Shown piece after piece: positions 14,028-17,901 of a stretch of 17,901 bases of DNA (position 1 is the first letter of the stretch; the number at the start of each line of letters is the position of its first letter). Source of the DNA: Clostridiales bacterium (GTDB lineage Bacteria; Bacillota; Clostridia; Oscillospirales; Oscillospiraceae); NCBI GenBank assembly GCA_021202515.1, contig JAJQCW010000039.1:1-17901 (forward strand). Reading direction: 5' to 3'. The notes under the pieces are model-generated. The model saw only the letters and a list, made by a program, of their open reading frames with translations. It was not told the origin of the DNA and did no database searches. Both the position numbers and the translations under genes were made by a program.

Positions 14028-15449
14028 ATGTCTGTTCCAACTACATTCCACGATTTTTTTCAGCGTTCAAGAGAAAAATATGAAGAGACGGGACTTCCGC
14101 CGTTCAAGTATATGGAGGACCGAGAGGTCGTATCTGTTTCCACAGAGGAATTTTTCAGCGACCTGGCGGCTCTGGCCGAGGAGTTTGTTCGCAGCGGTTA
14201 TGCAAACCGGCACATCGGCCTGATGGGGGAGAACTCCTACCTCTGGATGCTCTCTTACTGTGCGCTGCTGGAGGCCGGCGCGGTTCCCATTCTGCTCAGC
14301 AAGGACCTGAACCCCCAGGAGATCGCCGAATACTGCAAAAAGACGGACACCTTTACGGTTGTGTGTGATGAGACGGTGTTCCAGAAAGTGTCCACAGTGG
14401 CTGGACTCTGTGCCACGCCTATGGTCAAGGCTTCCACTCCCGGCACCGGGGCCACTCTCCCCACGCGGGACCCGGAAGCGCTGGGCTGTATTCTGTTCAC
14501 CTCCGGCACCACAGGGGACGCGAAGGCGGTCATGCTCTCTGTTAAGGCGCTGCTTATCGATTTTTGGACCCTCGTCAAGCCACACCGCACCTTTGAGACG
14601 GGGTTGACCGTCATGCCCTACCACCATCTGGCCGGATTCAGCGTTGCCGGGGATTTCTTCCCCCGCGGCTCCACCAACTTCATCGGGAAAAGTCCGAAAG
14701 ACCTGATGCGGTATCTCCGCGCCGGAGAACCGGAATATATGTTCGCCGTGCCGGAGATGGTGGAAATCATGGCCCAGCGGCTGCGCACGGCGAAACCTGG
14801 CGAAAAACCACTGGGAAAACTGCGGATGCTGTTCTGCGGCGGCGCCAAATTCCCGGAGGATACGGTGGAAACCTTCTCGGAACACGACATTGAGCTGTGG
14901 CACGTTTATTCTGCCTCAGAATCGGGCGGGCACGGCATTATCCACCCGGTGGATGTGAATAATCCCTCCTGCCTCGGCCCAATCGACGACGTCCTTGAAG
15001 CAAAAGTTGTGGATGGCGAGCTGCTCCTGCGGGGCGACACCGTTATGATGGGGTATTACAAGGACCCCGAGGCCACCGCCGCCGTACTGACCGACGGCTG
15101 GTATCACACCGGTGATTTGTGCCGGGTGGATGAGAACGGCAACTATTACCTGACTGGGCGGAAGAAGAACCTGATCATCCTCTCCAACGGCGAGAACGTC
15201 AGCCCGGAGGGACTGGAAGCGATGCTGCGGGCGTGTCCCTTTGTGGAAGAGGTCCTGGTCAAGGAGCAGAACAACTTCCTCTGCGCGGAGGTCCTCCCCA
15301 CGGAGAACACCGCTGCTGCACGAAAAGCGGTGGAAGCGTTCCTGGAGGAACGGAACGACACGCTTCCCTCCTACAAGCAAATCCATTTTTTGAAGTTCCG
15401 GGACACACCGTTCGAGAAAACCGCCATTGGTAAAATCAAACGCGCATAG
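14028..15449 (+). CDS. ANL-superfamily adenylate-forming ligase, copy 2 (paralog of 12516-13937)
   Basis: It has the same length (473 aa) as copy 1 and aligns to it without gaps. I counted 380/473 identities by hand. The core motifs and the AAGGAG-8 nt-ATG context are the same. Confidence 0.9.
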   Translation: MSVPTTFHDFFQRSREKYEETGLPPFKYMEDREVVSVSTEEFFSDLAALAEEFVRSGYANRHIGLMGENSYLWMLSYCALLEAGAVPILLSKDLNPQEIAEYCKKTDTFTVVCDETVFQKVSTVAGLCATPMVKASTPGTGATLPTRDPEALGCILFTSGTTGDAKAVMLSVKALLIDFWTLVKPHRTFETGLTVMPYHHLAGFSVAGDFFPRGSTNFIGKSPKDLMRYLRAGEPEYMFAVPEMVEIMAQRLRTAKPGEKPLGKLRMLFCGGAKFPEDTVETFSEHDIELWHVYSASESGGHGIIHPVDVNNPSCLGPIDDVLEAKVVDGELLLRGDTVMMGYYKDPEATAAVLTDGWYHTGDLCRVDENGNYYLTGRKKNLIILSNGENVSPEGLEAMLRACPFVEEVLVKEQNNFLCAEVLPTENTAAARKAVEAFLEERNDTLPSYKQIHFLKFRDTPFEKTAIGKIKRA

Positions 15450-15586
15450 AGAAAACACAGGAAGTGGCAAATCCCCACAGGCAGGGAGCACAGCGCAGGA
15501 AGAAGCACAGCTTCGCAGGGAGAAGCGCAGCTTCGGAAGTGCCGCTTGACGGTAGAAGCGCCACTTGATAGCAAAGGAGTATTGGA

Positions 15587-17026
15587 ATGAACGTCATGGA
15601 AGAAGCGGAGCGTCAGGATCTCTCCCTCCGGCCCACCTATCTCTCCATCAACTTCAAATCGTTGTTTATGGAACTGCTGGACAAGCTCCCCATTGTCCTG
15701 CTGTGCGGCATCCTGGCGGGGCTGTTTTCCTTTTTGCTCTATGCGAATGTGATTGGCCCCAGTTATATTTCCACCACCAAAATCTATGTCCTGCCCCAGA
15801 CCGATGAGAGCACCATCACCTATTCCGACTTGGAGGTGGGGCAACAACTCACCAACGACTACATTGAGATCATCCAGGGACGCACCGTGGTGGAGGAAAC
15901 CATTGCGTTTTTTGACCTGGACGAAAGCTATGAGCAGTTTTGCAAGCGGCTGACCGTAGAAAATCAGAGCGACACCCGCATTTTGAGCATCTCCGTGGAG
16001 GACAAAGACCCCATCACCGCCAGAAATCTGGTCATCTACCTGCGCACCACCGCCATTTCCGCCATTGAGGACGGGATGTCCGTGGAGGGGATCACCGTCA
16101 TTGAAGAGGCCAACCTTCCGACGGACCCAGAGACCTCTTCCCTTTTCATCGCCGTTCTGGCGGCGTTTGTGGTCTGCTGCCTGATGGTCCTGGGCATCTG
16201 TATCCATTATATCGTCATTGACCGCATCGTCACTGCGGACGACATCGAACAACGGCTGGGGCTGACAGTGCTCGGCTCTATCCTGTACGAAAACCAGGAG
16301 CAGGGCATCAGCACTCCCTGGAAGCTGCCCCGCAGCGCTGGCCGCAGCGCGGAGGATTTCCGCTCTTTGCGGGCCAATATTGAGTTCTGCGGCGCGGAAA
16401 ACCACGTTTTTGCCTTTACGAGCTGCTCGCCCGGCGAGGGAAAATCCACCATCTCTCTCCGCATCGCTGTGGAACTGGCCAAAACCGGGAAGAGCGTCCT
16501 CTTTATCGACGCGGATATGCGGATGTCGGTGTTCAGCGACAAGCTGGGCATCCAGGAAAGCCAGAAAGTCGGCCTCTCCGAGGTGCTGTCCGGAAGGGAA
16601 CAGGCCGACGACCTGATTTATGAAAGCGACATTTCCGGTCTGTCCCTGTTGCTGGCCGGAAAACGCCCGCCTAACCCGGCGGGACTGCTCTCCCAGAAGG
16701 TGTTCCGCTCCCTGCTGGAGACGGCCCGTGACAGCTATGACTACGTGATTTTAGACACGCCGCCCATCGGAAGCGTCATCGACGGCGCGGTCATCGGCCA
16801 GTTGTGCGACGGGGTCGTGTTGATCATCGGCTCCAACATGGTCAGCGGAAGGATGGCTTCCAAAGCGATCCAGCAGTTGCAGCGGGCCAACTGCAAAATT
16901 CCCGGCGCCGTCCTCAACAAGGTCCGGATGTCCAATCGGACGATGTACGGCACCTATGGCACCAATAAGTACTACTACAACTCCTATACCGCTCATTACG
17001 GAGACGAATCGGGGAACGAGCAATGA
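15587..17026 (+). CDS. Fused polysaccharide co-polymerase (Wzz/CpsC-like, 2 TM) and BY-tyrosine kinase (CpsD-like) with C-terminal Tyr cluster
   Basis: AAGGAG lies 7 nt upstream. TM1 is PIVLLCGILAGLFSFLLYANVI and TM2 is LFIAVLAAFVVCCLMVLGICIHYIV. Walker A is SPGEGKST, A' is LFIDADMR and B is YVILDTPP. There are 7 Tyr in the last 27 residues. Confidence 0.9.
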   Translation: MNVMEEAERQDLSLRPTYLSINFKSLFMELLDKLPIVLLCGILAGLFSFLLYANVIGPSYISTTKIYVLPQTDESTITYSDLEVGQQLTNDYIEIIQGRTVVEETIAFFDLDESYEQFCKRLTVENQSDTRILSISVEDKDPITARNLVIYLRTTAISAIEDGMSVEGITVIEEANLPTDPETSSLFIAVLAAFVVCCLMVLGICIHYIVIDRIVTADDIEQRLGLTVLGSILYENQEQGISTPWKLPRSAGRSAEDFRSLRANIEFCGAENHVFAFTSCSPGEGKSTISLRIAVELAKTGKSVLFIDADMRMSVFSDKLGIQESQKVGLSEVLSGREQADDLIYESDISGLSLLLAGKRPPNPAGLLSQKVFRSLLETARDSYDYVILDTPPIGSVIDGAVIGQLCDGVVLIIGSNMVSGRMASKAIQQLQRANCKIPGAVLNKVRMSNRTMYGTYGTNKYYYNSYTAHYGDESGNEQ

Positions 17027-17748
17027 TAGAGAAGCTGCGTCAAGGAAAAGTCAGGCTCCTCTTGCTTTTGGCCGGTGTCTGCATTGTGGGGGGCCTGGTT
17101 TTGCTCGGGACCCATCTCGCGCGAGACAAAGAACCCCCTGTGATCTCCTACTCCGAAGCCAGGCTGACCCTTTCAGCGGAGGATGTGGCGGAGATCGAGG
17201 CGTTGGATTATTCCTGTCTGCTGGAGGATGTCACCGCCTACGATACACGGGACGGTGCGCTGGATGACCGCGTCATCGTGAAAAACTACCGGCTCAGCGA
17301 GGACGGCGTCTACGCAGTCGTCACCTATCAGGTGGCGGACCACAGCGCCAACTCCGCCACCGCCAAGCGCATCGTCTATATGGCGGAGGAGGTTTACGAC
17401 CCCGACTATAACGTACCGGTCGTTACCCTAACCACCGACACCATCACGGTCCCCATGGGGACCCTTCCGGACCTGGAGAACTACCTTGCGGAGCTGTCGG
17501 ATGAGTCGGACTCCTACCAGCAGTTGTTAGCGAATCTCACCATCTCCGGCGAGTACGATTTGTACACCCCTGGCGAATATGCACTGGCTCTCACGGTGAC
17601 AGACCAGGACGGCAACGTATCGGACCCGTTTTCCTTCACTCTGGTGGTGACAGAGCCGGAAGAATCAGAAGAATACGGGCAAGAAGCATACAATTCCGAG
17701 GAATACGAAGAATATTCCGAATACACTGACTACGACACAGAAGAATAA
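17023..17748 (+). CDS. N-terminally anchored protein with two Ig-like (DUF5011-like) repeats and an acidic Tyr-rich C-terminal tail
   Basis: ATGA overlap with the kinase stop. The TM helix is LLLLLAGVCIVGGLVLLGTHL. The repeats read A.D.RDGAL.DRV...GVYAVVTYQVADHSANSA and GEYALALTVTDQDGNVS. The last 31 aa contain 6 Tyr, 15 Asp/Glu and no basic residue. Confidence 0.75.
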   Translation: MIEKLRQGKVRLLLLLAGVCIVGGLVLLGTHLARDKEPPVISYSEARLTLSAEDVAEIEALDYSCLLEDVTAYDTRDGALDDRVIVKNYRLSEDGVYAVVTYQVADHSANSATAKRIVYMAEEVYDPDYNVPVVTLTTDTITVPMGTLPDLENYLAELSDESDSYQQLLANLTISGEYDLYTPGEYALALTVTDQDGNVSDPFSFTLVVTEPEESEEYGQEAYNSEEYEEYSEYTDYDTEE

Positions 17749-17751
17749 ACT

Positions 17752-17833
17752 GCGCCCCCGCGTCGGTAATCCGACACGGGGGCGTGAGCCTGTCTCCGAC
17801 AGGCTCTCGACCAAAATCACGGATTTTGGTCGA
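17752..17833 (+). other. Three abutting strong hairpins after the last gene (17752-17785, 17786-17806, 17807-17833). Possible operon end or REP-like element.
   Basis: The stems are about 15 bp (one mismatch), 9 bp and 11 bp with no spacing between them. No U-tract follows on either strand. Confidence 0.35.
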
Positions 17834-17901
17834 ACATGCGGCCCCGGCAGCGCACATCGTCGGAGCAGACTTCATATCCTTCGCTTCCGGCTAAAGCCGA
17901 A

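Larger units (their letters stand above)
12502..15586 (+). repeat. Tandem duplication with a 1512-bp period (ligase gene plus RBS plus 3' spacer), with a short ~20-nt tandem at 15501-15540
   Basis: The start codons are at 12516 and 14028. The spacer after copy 1 (13938-14027) is recognisably homologous to the spacer after copy 2 (15450-15586). Confidence 0.9.

Noticed and set aside
12555-14903. Long minus-strand ORFs antisense to the two ligase genes (12555-13958, 467 aa; 14067-14903, 278 aa).
   Set aside because: They are shadow ORFs of GC-rich genes. Their composition is R/G/P/H-rich low complexity, with no SD and no recognisable motifs. The plus-strand frames carry complete ANL core motifs.
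1-17901. CRISPR arrays, tRNA or rRNA genes, and IS/transposase genes.
   Set aside because: No regularly spaced direct repeats of 25-40 nt are present. No cloverleaf-compatible 70-90-nt segments were seen next to the integrase or elsewhere. No transposase-like ORFs were seen. The only mobile-element enzyme is the tyrosine integrase.

Overview
This looks like a GC-rich Clostridia-like (Firmicutes) genome. That guess rests only on SD-dependent starts, gene content and composition. Two coding lines I counted were 55% and 63% GC. The window has three parts.

(1) 1-2550 is the end of an integrated mobile element. It holds the C-terminal stub of an upstream gene and a stand-alone PBECR-type nuclease-domain protein. 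Next comes about 830 nt with no convincing protein gene. This stretch opens with a textbook sigma-A promoter and folds into many GC-rich, GNRA-capped helices. A zinc-ribbon tyrosine integrase follows, and its stop codon sits inside four phased 11-bp GTTAGA repeats.

(2) 2521-3288 is a sharply AT-rich junction or leader (25% GC over 2521-2640 by my count). It contains a candidate promoter, a terminator-like hairpin and, on the minus strand, a 19-codon Cys/Gly-rich micro-ORF with a perfect SD.

(3) 3289-17748 is a single co-directional, tightly packed Wzx/Wzy-type capsule or exopolysaccharide locus. In order it encodes two GT4 glycosyltransferases, a Stealth-family hexose-1-phosphotransferase, a CpsB-type PHP tyrosine phosphatase, Wzy, Wzx, an AT3 acyltransferase, a carrier protein, a membrane-anchored alpha/beta-hydrolase, two tandem paralogous adenylating (ANL) ligases, a fused Wzz/BY-kinase, and an anchored Ig-like protein with a Tyr/Glu-rich tail.

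The most interesting candidate is the module AT3 + carrier protein + anchored hydrolase + 2 ligases at 10065-15449. It reads as a Dlt/OatA-hybrid, carrier-protein-dependent polysaccharide acylation system that I do not recognise as a described system. No priming phosphoglycosyltransferase, LytR-CpsA-Psr gene, nucleotide-sugar genes, tRNA, rRNA or CRISPR array is visible in the window. All family calls come from motif recognition by eye, and no searches were run.
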